Source of the DNA: Trueperaceae bacterium
Lineage (GTDB): Bacteria; Deinococcota; Deinococci; Deinococcales; Trueperaceae
Assembly (NCBI GenBank): GCA_035703635.1
Contig: DASSXV010000064.1
Location: 1-38,439, forward strand
Direction: 5' to 3'
DNA length: 38,439 nt
Shown here piece by piece: positions 11,015 through 19,657 of this stretch. Below the pieces are notes generated by a model. It was not told where the DNA came from, ran no database searches, and saw nothing but the letters and a program-made list of their open reading frames with translations. Every line of letters starts with the position of its first letter. The first letter of the stretch is position 1. The translations under genes and the position numbers were made by a program.

Positions 11015-14000
11015 ATGTCCAGTAACGCTCCGCAAGAAGCGGCAAGCCCCTGGCGCCTCCTGTTCGAGAACGTCCGCAAAGCGATCGGCCAGAAGCGTGA
11101 CGAGAACGGCGTCGTAGGCAGCATCAACTGGTTGCGGGGCGCCATGGAGTCTCATGGCGCCAACCCGAACGTGGTCCGCAACATCATCTACCGCGACAAG
11201 GGCCGCATCCCCGACAAGCGCGCCCTCTTCGTCATACTCGACGGGCTCTGGCAGCAGGCAGGCAACCCACCCCTCGACATGCCAGACCTGCAAGCGGTCC
11301 TCTCCCCCACCGCCAGCGCCGAGCAAGAAGTCCTGCAACTCCTTGGCCGCGATAAGCGCAGGGCGTACCGCGCCATCGTCGGCGGCATGCAGGCTGGCGA
11401 GATGCCGAAAGTCTTGGTCACCGGCAGGCCCGGCTCCGGCAAGACCCTGCTAACCGACTACGTCCGTCAAGGCGTCGAGCTCGACGGTGCCTCCGAACTC
11501 GAGATCGTGAGGTTGGAGTTCGGCAGCTCAGAGTTGGCCACGTCACTGACGCGCATGGCCAACGAGCTAGGCGTTCCGGCAGAGGTGATGGAGTCGCGTC
11601 TCGTGCGCATCGCCACGGCCAGCGCCTTCTCGGTGCAGGCAGACGCCCAGGCGGAGGTGGCGCGCGTCATCCTGGACGCGGTCAGGAGCCGCCAAGGCCC
11701 GCTCCTGCTGCTCTTGCACGTGTCGCAGGCGCTCGCTAACCAGGACGCGCTCGGGCTGGTCGCCTTGCGCCTCAACACGCCCGAGGTACCGCGGGTAAGC
11801 GCTAGCGAGTGGCTGTGGGTGACGCTTTTCGAGCCCCTCGCAAGGCAACCTAACGTGGCGCTGTTCGTGACCATGACGGACCTACCGGCCAGGGCGATGC
11901 AGCGCCTCGGGAACTTCACGGACCCCATCAGGCTCACTCCCCCAACCGCGGCCGAGGCACGCCGCTTCGTCAAGGCGCGCATGCCGCACCTGACCGCCAG
12001 TCAACAAGAAGAGATCGTGCAGCGGGCTGGACGCTCGTTCGAAGAGCTACGCACCCTCACCCTGCTGGCGCAGGCGCGGGCACCGCAGGAGACGGGCGAA
12101 CTGCTCGACGAGCACCACATCGAACAGCTCTCACGCCTCGTGACGGCGGGCGACGCCGATCTCCGCAACTTCCTAGCGGCGCTAGCGGTGCTGTCACCGG
12201 CGGAGTTCCCCGTCTTCGCGGCCGCGACGTTGCAGCGGGTCAGGGACGTCGACCGCGATCTCGGCGCTTTCGAGCTCTCGTTCCTCGACGTCGTGCCAGG
12301 GCAGCCGGGCCGTTACCGTTCGTTCTCCAGGCAGCTAGCGCGCGCGCTGCAAGCGCGGCTGAAGGCCGCCGAGCCGGAAGCGTACCGCCGTGCCCAAAGC
12401 GCCGCCGCCGCCACGTACCTCGCGGAAGCGCAGGCCGATCCGGCCAGCGACGCCGGCGCCCGCTACTTACACCATCTGTTCGAGGCCCGCGACTGGCTGG
12501 CTCTCACGCAGTGGCTGGCCGCCCACTCCGTCTCTCACGCTCAAGTGCGCCAGGTGTGGCACGCGGCCGCGGCGGAGCTGCCTGCCGGGCCAGCGTTCGA
12601 CGCCGTCGCCAAGGAAGTCGCTGCGCACTTCGTCAAGCTCGGCGCGTACCAGCACCCTGAGGCCGTCAATGCCTTCGAGGCGGCCGCGGCATCCAGCGAT
12701 CAGGCGCTGCGGGCATGGACGCTCGTCAAACGCGCTGAGGGCGAGGCGCTCGGCGGTCGCTTCGAGCGCGCCGAGGTCCTGCTTGACACTGCCCCGACGA
12801 TCGACGCGCCCCTCTTGCGCGCCGAGTACGCCCTGGCGCGCGCCAGCATCGCGCGGTGGCGCAGTGACCTAGACAGCGCCGCCAAGCTCGTCACGGAGTC
12901 AGTGCGCCGCGAACTGCGCCAGGTGACGCCAACGACTCACGAAGCGCGCCTCGTGTTCGCCAAAGCCAAGGTCTGGGAGGGCCTGATCGCGAAAGACCAA
13001 GGCGACTTGGTCGCTGCCCTCGCCCGCTTCGACGAGGCGGAGTCGGATGACGACCTCGTCCGCGCCCGCATCGAGTTCCAACGCGGCGACGTCGCCATGC
13101 GCCTAGGCCGCCTTGACGCGGCGCTCACGGCGCTCGACGACGCCGTGCTACTAGCGCAGCGCTCCGAAGCCCTCCCCCAAGAGCGCACTCGCTACCTCGC
13201 GCGCCGCGGGAGCGTGCGACGCCTGCGCGGCGACCTGACCGGCTCCGTGGCCGACTTCGACGCCGCCCGCGCCCAGCTCGAGCTGGCGGAGGCAGCGGAC
13301 GGCGAGGCGGACTTCTGGCGCGCGCGCGTAGCAGACGAGTCGTCCCTGACGGCGCTTGCCCTAGGCGATTACGAGGAGGCAACCTACGCCATCACGCACG
13401 CCCTCGCCGGCTTCCGCAACTACGCCGCCGCGCGCGGTACCGAAGCCGACTACCGCGTGCTGCGCGCGACTCTCAACCTGGCGGTCGCCTACGCCTGCCG
13501 CGGCCTGGCATTGCCATACCGGAGGCCGTTCCCGACCCTCCGCGAGAACCTCGACTCACCAGACCTGCGCCACGCACGCAGCCGCATCGAGGAGGTCCTG
13601 ACTTCCCTGACTGGCAGCGGCGTTCACCGCGACTTCTTGCACTTCCAGGCGCGCCTGCTAGCCAGTCAGTTCGCCATCACGGGCCCCGAAGCACTCAAGC
13701 ATGCGGAGGCGGCGCTCGCCAACGCCAACTTCGACTACCAGCGCGCCCTCGCCCTGAGCGCCCGGGCTGCGGCGCACCTGCGCCTCCAGGAGCCACAGGC
13801 CGCACTGGAAGACGTCCGCGCCGCGGAACTGCTGCTCCGCGCCGATGCGCCTAGCGAGAGCAGCGACACGGGACTGCGTGCGCAGCTCAAGGCGCTAGCC
13901 ATCGACGTCCACTTCCACTGCGGCAAGGCCGAGCAGGCCGCCGAAGCGCTCGCAGACGGGCTCGACGACGAGACCCTCTACCCGCACCACGAGGGGCTCC

Positions 14001-14173
14001 TGCGCGCGTTCGGCGAGTCGGCGGACGAGCGTCAGGTGGGCGAGGCGTGGAAGAAGCACCGACGCCTCAGGACGCTGCTCGGCCTGGATGGCACCGGTCC
14101 ATCCACGCCGGCGCGGCTGCCGGACGCGCTAGTGGCATCCTGGCGGAGCCGCAACCGCGTGGCCGTGGCTTAG
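11015..14173 (+). CDS. Large protein: putative N-terminal HTH-like domain + STAND-like P-loop + TPR-like repeats
   Basis: LLGRD motif, Walker A GRPGSGKT, Walker B position PLLLLLH, C-terminal helical repeats (e.g. RGDVAMRLGRLDAALTALDDA; RGSVRRLRGDLTGSVADFDAA); TAAACT 6 nt upstream of the ATG. Confidence 0.8.
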   Translation: MSSNAPQEAASPWRLLFENVRKAIGQKRDENGVVGSINWLRGAMESHGANPNVVRNIIYRDKGRIPDKRALFVILDGLWQQAGNPPLDMPDLQAVLSPTASAEQEVLQLLGRDKRRAYRAIVGGMQAGEMPKVLVTGRPGSGKTLLTDYVRQGVELDGASELEIVRLEFGSSELATSLTRMANELGVPAEVMESRLVRIATASAFSVQADAQAEVARVILDAVRSRQGPLLLLLHVSQALANQDALGLVALRLNTPEVPRVSASEWLWVTLFEPLARQPNVALFVTMTDLPARAMQRLGNFTDPIRLTPPTAAEARRFVKARMPHLTASQQEEIVQRAGRSFEELRTLTLLAQARAPQETGELLDEHHIEQLSRLVTAGDADLRNFLAALAVLSPAEFPVFAAATLQRVRDVDRDLGAFELSFLDVVPGQPGRYRSFSRQLARALQARLKAAEPEAYRRAQSAAAATYLAEAQADPASDAGARYLHHLFEARDWLALTQWLAAHSVSHAQVRQVWHAAAAELPAGPAFDAVAKEVAAHFVKLGAYQHPEAVNAFEAAAASSDQALRAWTLVKRAEGEALGGRFERAEVLLDTAPTIDAPLLRAEYALARASIARWRSDLDSAAKLVTESVRRELRQVTPTTHEARLVFAKAKVWEGLIAKDQGDLVAALARFDEAESDDDLVRARIEFQRGDVAMRLGRLDAALTALDDAVLLAQRSEALPQERTRYLARRGSVRRLRGDLTGSVADFDAARAQLELAEAADGEADFWRARVADESSLTALALGDYEEATYAITHALAGFRNYAAARGTEADYRVLRATLNLAVAYACRGLALPYRRPFPTLRENLDSPDLRHARSRIEEVLTSLTGSGVHRDFLHFQARLLASQFAITGPEALKHAEAALANANFDYQRALALSARAAAHLRLQEPQAALEDVRAAELLLRADAPSESSDTGLRAQLKALAIDVHFHCGKAEQAAEALADGLDDETLYPHHEGLLRAFGESADERQVGEAWKKHRRLRTLLGLDGTGPSTPARLPDALVASWRSRNRVAVA

Positions 14174-14184
14174 GTGATGCCCGC

Positions 14185-14814
14185 GTGGCGCTAGCGGCCG
14201 CGGACGACCCCAAGGCGCCCGCCGCCACCGTCACCGCAGGCATCGACCATGCGGCGCTTGCTCGCCTCCTGCCGCATGGTGACCTGAAGAACTTCCGCCC
14301 ACCCGCACAGCAACTGGCGGCCCTCGTAGACATCGCGGGCGATCCGCGCGGCTGCGTCGCCGCGGCGGTGGCCGGCGACACCCTAGTCGGTTACGTGGCG
14401 TTTCACCCCCCGACAGAAGTCGAGTCCTGGGGCGCAGACCGCACCGGTGAGCTCGTCGAGTTAGGCGCCATGGAGGTCGCGTCTGGTTTCCGCGGCCAAA
14501 ACCTCGCCCGCCGGCTCCTCGCAGCGAGCTTCGCCGATCAGCGTTTCGATGCCGCAGTAGTTTTCGCCACCCTCTACTCGTGGCATTACGACCTCAAGAG
14601 GGCCGACCTGACCGACCTCGCCTACCGGAGGATGTTGGAGCGGCTCTACCGGAGCGCCGGTTTCGAGGTCTACCCGACGAGCGATGAGGAGATCCGCAGC
14701 AGCGCGGCCAACGCCCTGATGGCGCGCATCGGCCCAGAGGCGCCCGCCGCCGTGGTCGCTGAGTTCCACCGCCTCCGTAAGTTCCAGCCGGAGACGCTCA
14801 CGAGCGCCTGGTAG
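14185..14814 (+). CDS. acuA: AcuA-type GNAT protein lysine acetyltransferase
   Basis: FRPPAQQLAALVDIAG, VGYV, ELGAMEV, WHYDLK, ANALMARIG closely follow Bacillus AcuA; GTG 14185 with TAGGTGA SD. Confidence 0.88.
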   Translation: MALAAADDPKAPAATVTAGIDHAALARLLPHGDLKNFRPPAQQLAALVDIAGDPRGCVAAAVAGDTLVGYVAFHPPTEVESWGADRTGELVELGAMEVASGFRGQNLARRLLAASFADQRFDAAVVFATLYSWHYDLKRADLTDLAYRRMLERLYRSAGFEVYPTSDEEIRSSAANALMARIGPEAPAAVVAEFHRLRKFQPETLTSAW

Positions 14815-14836
14815 CATCGATTCAGAGGAGCAATAC

Positions 14837-15487
14837 ATGCTGGTGAACGAGATAATGACCCGCAAGGTCGTCGCCATCGGCCCCGACACCCCGATCCGAG
14901 ACGTGCAACTGCTCATGGAGCAGCGCAACATCAGGCACTTCCCCATCTTGGAGGAGCGCAGCAAAGGCGCGTTGGACAGCCTCGTAGGTATCGTCTCCGA
15001 CCGCGACCTGCGGCTCGTGGGTGCGGATCACCCAAGGGCGCCAGCCAACGTCACCGCCGCCGACCCCGTCAAGCGCGTCATGGTCACGAACGTGCTCGTC
15101 GCGCACCCTGACGACCCCATCGAGGAGACGGCGAAAGTCCTGCGCGACAACAAGATCGGCGCCATGCCAGTCATGGACGACGGCCGGCTCGTTGGCATCG
15201 TCACCGGGATAGACATGCTCGACGCGCTCATCTTCATGTCTGGCGTGCGTGAGGCCTCAAGTCGCCTCGAGGTCGAGCTAGCGGATAGGCCGGGCGCGTT
15301 GGCCGGGTTGCTCGACCGCGTCGCCAGCCGCAACGTGAACGTCTCGAGCGTGATGACCTCGCGGGCGGACGAGGGCAGCGTCGCCTTCGTGCTGCGCGTT
15401 GGCACCTTCGACGGTCACGGGCTAGCCGATCACTTGCGCGGCCTCGGCTACAACGTCCTGTGGCCACCTGAGGCAAGCGAAGCGTGA
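14837..15487 (+). CDS. acuB: AcuB: tandem CBS domains + ACT domain
   Basis: IRHFPI, GIVSDRDLR, KIGAMPV, GIVTGID; ACT motif DRPGALAGL...NVSSV; GAGGAG SD; position between acuA and acuC. Confidence 0.88.
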   Translation: MLVNEIMTRKVVAIGPDTPIRDVQLLMEQRNIRHFPILEERSKGALDSLVGIVSDRDLRLVGADHPRAPANVTAADPVKRVMVTNVLVAHPDDPIEETAKVLRDNKIGAMPVMDDGRLVGIVTGIDMLDALIFMSGVREASSRLEVELADRPGALAGLLDRVASRNVNVSSVMTSRADEGSVAFVLRVGTFDGHGLADHLRGLGYNVLWPPEASEA

Positions 15488-16704
15488 GCGCCGCCACTCC
15501 GAGGAGTGGCCCCACTCGGCGGGTCGTGTTCGTGCACGACCCCCGCATGGCGCAGTTCGAACTACACGCCGACCACCCCTTCAAGCCCATCCGCATGGAG
15601 TTGACGCGCTCGCTGCTAGTCCACGCGGGCCTCCTCGAGCAAGCCGAGGTGATCGCGCCGCGGCCGCCGAACGACGACGACCTCCTCACCGTTCACGCGC
15701 CCGATTACGTCGAGGCGGTGCGGGAGCTCTCGGCGGGAGGCCCGCAGACAGACGCCGCCCGCTACGGCCTCGGGACGGCGGACAACCCGATCTTCCCTGG
15801 CATGCACGGACTCGTGTCCTTGATCTGCGCCGGAACGGTGACGGCCATGGACAGCGTGGCGACGGGCGCCGCGCTGCGGGCGGTGAACCTCGGCGGCGGC
15901 CTGCACCACGCTATGCGCGCCCGCGCGTCCGGCTTCTGCCTCTACAACGACCTGGCGTTGGCCATCAGACGCGCAGTCGACGTCCACGGACTGCGGGTGG
16001 CGTACGTAGACCTCGACGCCCACCACGGCGACGGGGTGCAGTGGCTGTTCTACGACGACCCCAACGTCATGACGATCAGCCTCCACGAGTCGGGGCACTA
16101 CCTCTTCCCCGGCACTGGCCACACGTACGAGACCGGCAAGGGCGCTGGCCGCGGTCTAAGCGTCAACGTCCCGCTCGAGCCTTACACGGAGGACGCCTCC
16201 TACTTAGCCGCCTTCGACGCCGTCGTGCCAGCGGCGCTACGCGCCTTCGCGCCCGACGTCATCCTCCTGCAAGCGGGCGCAGACCCGCACCGCTACGATC
16301 CGCTGGCCGACCTGTCCCTCACGCTTACCGGCATGCGCGACTCCTACCGGCGGGTCGTGGCGTTAGCGGACGAGCTGACAGGCGGGCGGCTCGTCGCGAC
16401 CGGCGGCGGCGGCTACGACCCATACCGCACGGTCCCGCGTGCCTGGGCGCAGCTGTGGGCCGCAGTCACAGGCCGCGAGGTGCCAAGCAGCTTGCCGGAC
16501 GCATGGCTCGAGGAGTGGCGCGACCTGTTGCCGTCAGGGTCGGAACTCCCGCGCTTAGCGCTCGACGGGCAAGGTGACTTCCCGCCGCGGCCGAAGCGCG
16601 AGCAGATCACACGGCGCAACGGCGTCGTCGCCCAACGCGTCGTCGAGGCACTTGCCGCCGTCTGGCAGGACACCGGCCTCGGCGGCGCGGTAACCTCACG
16701 CTGA
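15484..16704 (+). CDS. acuC: AcuC Zn-dependent (HDAC-like) protein deacetylase
   Basis: HPFKPIR, GGGLHHA, SGFCLYND, DLDAHHGDGVQ, SLHESG..LFPGTG, QAGADPH..DPL, GGGGY. Confidence 0.93.
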   Translation: MSAATPRSGPTRRVVFVHDPRMAQFELHADHPFKPIRMELTRSLLVHAGLLEQAEVIAPRPPNDDDLLTVHAPDYVEAVRELSAGGPQTDAARYGLGTADNPIFPGMHGLVSLICAGTVTAMDSVATGAALRAVNLGGGLHHAMRARASGFCLYNDLALAIRRAVDVHGLRVAYVDLDAHHGDGVQWLFYDDPNVMTISLHESGHYLFPGTGHTYETGKGAGRGLSVNVPLEPYTEDASYLAAFDAVVPAALRAFAPDVILLQAGADPHRYDPLADLSLTLTGMRDSYRRVVALADELTGGRLVATGGGGYDPYRTVPRAWAQLWAAVTGREVPSSLPDAWLEEWRDLLPSGSELPRLALDGQGDFPPRPKREQITRRNGVVAQRVVEALAAVWQDTGLGGAVTSR

Positions 16705-16720
16705 AATCGGAGGGTGCGAT

Positions 16721-17608
16721 ATGCGCATCGGGTTCATCGGGCTAGGCACCATGGGAGCGCCCATGGCGCACAGGCTCATAGCGGCGGGCTACGAGGTCAC
16801 GGTCCATAACCGCACGCGCGCCAAGGAGGAGCCGCTCGTGGCCGCTGGCGCCGCGCGCGCGACCTCACCACGCGCTTGCGCCGAGGGCCAGGACGTCGTC
16901 TTCACCATCGTCTCCGACACGCCCGACGTTCAGGCAACCGTACTCGGCGACCAGGGCGCATCGCAGGGGATGTCTCCCGGCAGCATCCTCGTCGACATGA
17001 GCACCATCAGCCCCATGACGACGCGGCGCATAGCAGCCGCCCTCGCTGAACACGACATCACCATGCTCGACGCGCCCGTGTCGGGCGGCTCCGAGGGCGC
17101 CGTGAACGGAACGCTCTCGATCATGGTCGGCGGCGACCCTGTCGCGCTCGCACGCGTGCGGCCGGCGCTGCAACACCTCGGTAAGCTCGTCACGCACGTT
17201 GGACCCGTGGGCAGTGGGCAGGTCGCCAAGGCCGTCAACCAGGTGATCATCGCCGGCACTTACGCGTCCGTTGCGGAGGGCATGACCCTCGCACTGGCCG
17301 CCGGCATCGACGTCGAGGCGACCCTTACGGCGCTCGGGGGCGGCGCCGCTGGCTCGTGGGTGCTAGCCAACCGCGCGAAGAACATGCTTGCTGACGAGTA
17401 TCCGCTCGGTTTCCGCACGCGCCTTCACCGCAAGGACCTCGGAATAGCGCTCGGCACCGCCCGTGACTTGGGCGTGAGCATGCCAGTGGCCGCGTACGTC
17501 GAGCAGCTCGAAACTAGCCTCGTTGCCCGCGGCTTAGGCGATGAGGACATGTCCAACATCGCTCGCGTCGTGCGCGAGCAGGCAGGGATGCGGTCCAGCG
17601 AGGACTGA
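16721..17608 (+). CDS. NAD(P)-dependent beta-hydroxyacid dehydrogenase (tartronate-semialdehyde reductase/3-hydroxyisobutyrate dehydrogenase family)
   Basis: GFIGLGTMG, DAPVSGG, KAVNQ, LHRKDL; GGAGGG SD. Confidence 0.9.
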   Translation: MRIGFIGLGTMGAPMAHRLIAAGYEVTVHNRTRAKEEPLVAAGAARATSPRACAEGQDVVFTIVSDTPDVQATVLGDQGASQGMSPGSILVDMSTISPMTTRRIAAALAEHDITMLDAPVSGGSEGAVNGTLSIMVGGDPVALARVRPALQHLGKLVTHVGPVGSGQVAKAVNQVIIAGTYASVAEGMTLALAAGIDVEATLTALGGGAAGSWVLANRAKNMLADEYPLGFRTRLHRKDLGIALGTARDLGVSMPVAAYVEQLETSLVARGLGDEDMSNIARVVREQAGMRSSED

Positions 17609-17627
17609 AGCGCTCCGTGCTCCTAAC

Positions 17628-18386
17628 CTAGGCGGGGCGCCGTGCCACGACCCAGATGCGCTCTGCATCTGGTTGTGCCAGCTCACCGTCTGGGAACTCG
17701 AGTGCGGTTGCCCCCTCGAACCCGGCGGCCGCCAACAAGCGCATGAGGTCGGGCTCGTCGTAGCCACGCTCCGTATGCACTTCCGTGAACGAGGCATCGC
17801 CCGTCTCGCAGTAGGCCGCCACCGTCGCTAGGCCGGTAGCCTCATCGTAGACGTGACTCCAGCGGTAGTAGACCTCGTCCGCCCACCCTTCCGCCACCCC
17901 GCCGTGCCAGAGCTCACGCAGGCCGACGCTCGTGTTCACGTCGAAGATGAACAGGCCACCGGGCCGCAAGTGTGCGTGCACGCGCGCTAGGCACGCGGCG
18001 AACGCCTCATCTGTTAGCAGGTTGTTGAGTGCGTCGAACACCGAGTAGATGAGCGCGTACTTGCCAGGCAACGCGAACTCCTCGAAGGTGCCTTGCGTGA
18101 AGCGGATGCCGGGGAGCTTACGCCGCGCGACCTCCAGCATGGCGGCGCTGGCGTCCAACCCCTCGACGGCGTACCCGCGCTGCCACATCGGCAACGTCGC
18201 GTTGCCTGTGCCGCAACCGAGGTCGAGGAGCGGCCCCTTCTTGAGGCCGTGCTGCTCGGCGACGGCGCAGATGAACTCCGCCCAGTCGTCGTACTCGACC
18301 TCGGCCATGATGGTGTCGTAGACGGTGGCAAGCGAAGTGTACGGCGCGGTGGTTTCTAACGGTGTGGGTTTGGTGCTGGCTGTCAC
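17628..18386 (-). CDS. Class I SAM-dependent methyltransferase
   Basis: LDLGCGTG, GLDASAAML, DALNNL, HLRPGGLFIFDVNT. Confidence 0.88.
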   Translation of the reverse strand: MTASTKPTPLETTAPYTSLATVYDTIMAEVEYDDWAEFICAVAEQHGLKKGPLLDLGCGTGNATLPMWQRGYAVEGLDASAAMLEVARRKLPGIRFTQGTFEEFALPGKYALIYSVFDALNNLLTDEAFAACLARVHAHLRPGGLFIFDVNTSVGLRELWHGGVAEGWADEVYYRWSHVYDEATGLATVAAYCETGDASFTEVHTERGYDEPDLMRLLAAAGFEGATALEFPDGELAQPDAERIWVVARRPA

Positions 18387-18531
18387 TAGAGGCAGAGCAT
18401 AACGCCAGCCTAGAGCGAGGCGGGTTTCGCTTAGGCTCCGGCCACGGGCCGCGTTGCCGCGTTTAGGCTGCTCTTGTCGCGCCTGCGGTCAACCAACCCG
18501 CCCCCGCAGTAGGCCGCAGGAGCGACCCACC

Positions 18532-19572
18532 TCAGCTAACCTCCAGCACCAGCTTCCCTATGTTCAGGTTCTTGCGCATCCGGTCGTGCAGCGCGTTCAC
18601 TTCCGTCCAGGGCGCCACCTGGTCGATGACCGGCTCGAGGCCGCCAGCCTGCATGACTGAGTCGAAGCGCTGCCACAACGCGCGCTTGATCTCTACTTTC
18701 TCGCTTGTAGGGCGCGACCGCAGGGTCGAACCGATCACCCTGAGGCGCTTGAGCATGAGTTGGCGCAGGTCTAGTTGCGCGGCGGCGCCGCTCAAGGTCG
18801 AGATGATCACGAGGCGCCCGTTGACGGCCAGCGCCTTCATGTTCAGGGCGAAGTAGTCCTCTCCCACCATGTCGAGGATCACGTCGACGCCAGTTGCGCC
18901 GTGGGCAATAAGCGCTGGAAGGAACTCGCCTGCGTGCCTGTCGATGGCCACGTCCGCCCCCGACTTGAGGCAGGCAGCTACCTTCGCGGCGCCGCCGGCG
19001 GTGGCGTACACGGTAGCGCCAGCGGCCTTGGCCATGGCGATCGCCATGGTCCCAACTCCGCTGGCACCCCCATGCACGAGAAGGCGCTCGCCTTCCGCAA
19101 GGTCGCCCTCGAGGAACAGGTTCAAGAACGCAGTGAAGGCCACCTCCGGCCACGCCGCCGCCTGCGCCAGCGTCCAGCCTGCTGGCACTGGCATGAGCAT
19201 GGCGGCCGGCACCGCCGCGTACTGCGCGTAGCCGCCGCCTGGCAGCAGCGCGCAGACGGCAGCGCCGGGCGTCAATGCGACCCGCGCGGGTGCGCTCGCT
19301 TGCGGGTCAGCCACGGCGCCAGCCTGCAGGCCAGGGCCAAGCTCGACGATCTCTCCAGCTACCTCAAGTCCGACGATGTCTGTAGTACCGGGTGGCGGGG
19401 GATAGTGACCAGCCACCTGCGCTAGGTCGGCGCGGTTGACGCCCGCCGCGCGCACCCTCACCAGCACCTCACCGGGCCCCACGCTGGGCATCAAGGCGCT
19501 CGTAGGCTGCAGCTTGCCTCCAGACCCAACTCTTAGCGCCAACATGCCGCCGCCGTTCGCGATCTCGCTCAT
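18532..19572 (-). CDS. NAD(P)H-quinone oxidoreductase, PIG3/zeta-crystallin family
   Basis: AAGVNRAD, GHYPPPPG, GLEVAG, HGGASGVG, GSTLRSR, NIGKLVL; start 19572 (or 19545), not the track's 19854. Confidence 0.9.
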   Translation of the reverse strand: MSEIANGGGMLALRVGSGGKLQPTSALMPSVGPGEVLVRVRAAGVNRADLAQVAGHYPPPPGTTDIVGLEVAGEIVELGPGLQAGAVADPQASAPARVALTPGAAVCALLPGGGYAQYAAVPAAMLMPVPAGWTLAQAAAWPEVAFTAFLNLFLEGDLAEGERLLVHGGASGVGTMAIAMAKAAGATVYATAGGAAKVAACLKSGADVAIDRHAGEFLPALIAHGATGVDVILDMVGEDYFALNMKALAVNGRLVIISTLSGAAAQLDLRQLMLKRLRVIGSTLRSRPTSEKVEIKRALWQRFDSVMQAGGLEPVIDQVAPWTEVNALHDRMRKNLNIGKLVLEVS

Positions 19573-19657
19573 GGGGCATGTTACGCGCACGTGCCCGGGT
19601 TGCATGCGCCGCACCAGTCGCAACATGCGGGCCAGGCCTAACTGGTAGCGTGTGGCC

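Noticed and set aside
11015-14173. Avs-type antiphage STAND NTPase interpretation
   Set aside because: No recognisable nuclease, TIR, SIR2 or protease effector, no defence-island or mobile context, and composition looks like the flanking core genes.
18387-18531. SAM-I or c-di-GMP-I riboswitch, or a DdrO/RDRM box (TTATGCTC...)
   Set aside because: Only isolated words match (AAGAG, GGCAAC, GCCTAAAC, TTATGC); core consensus elements and the RDRM right half are absent.
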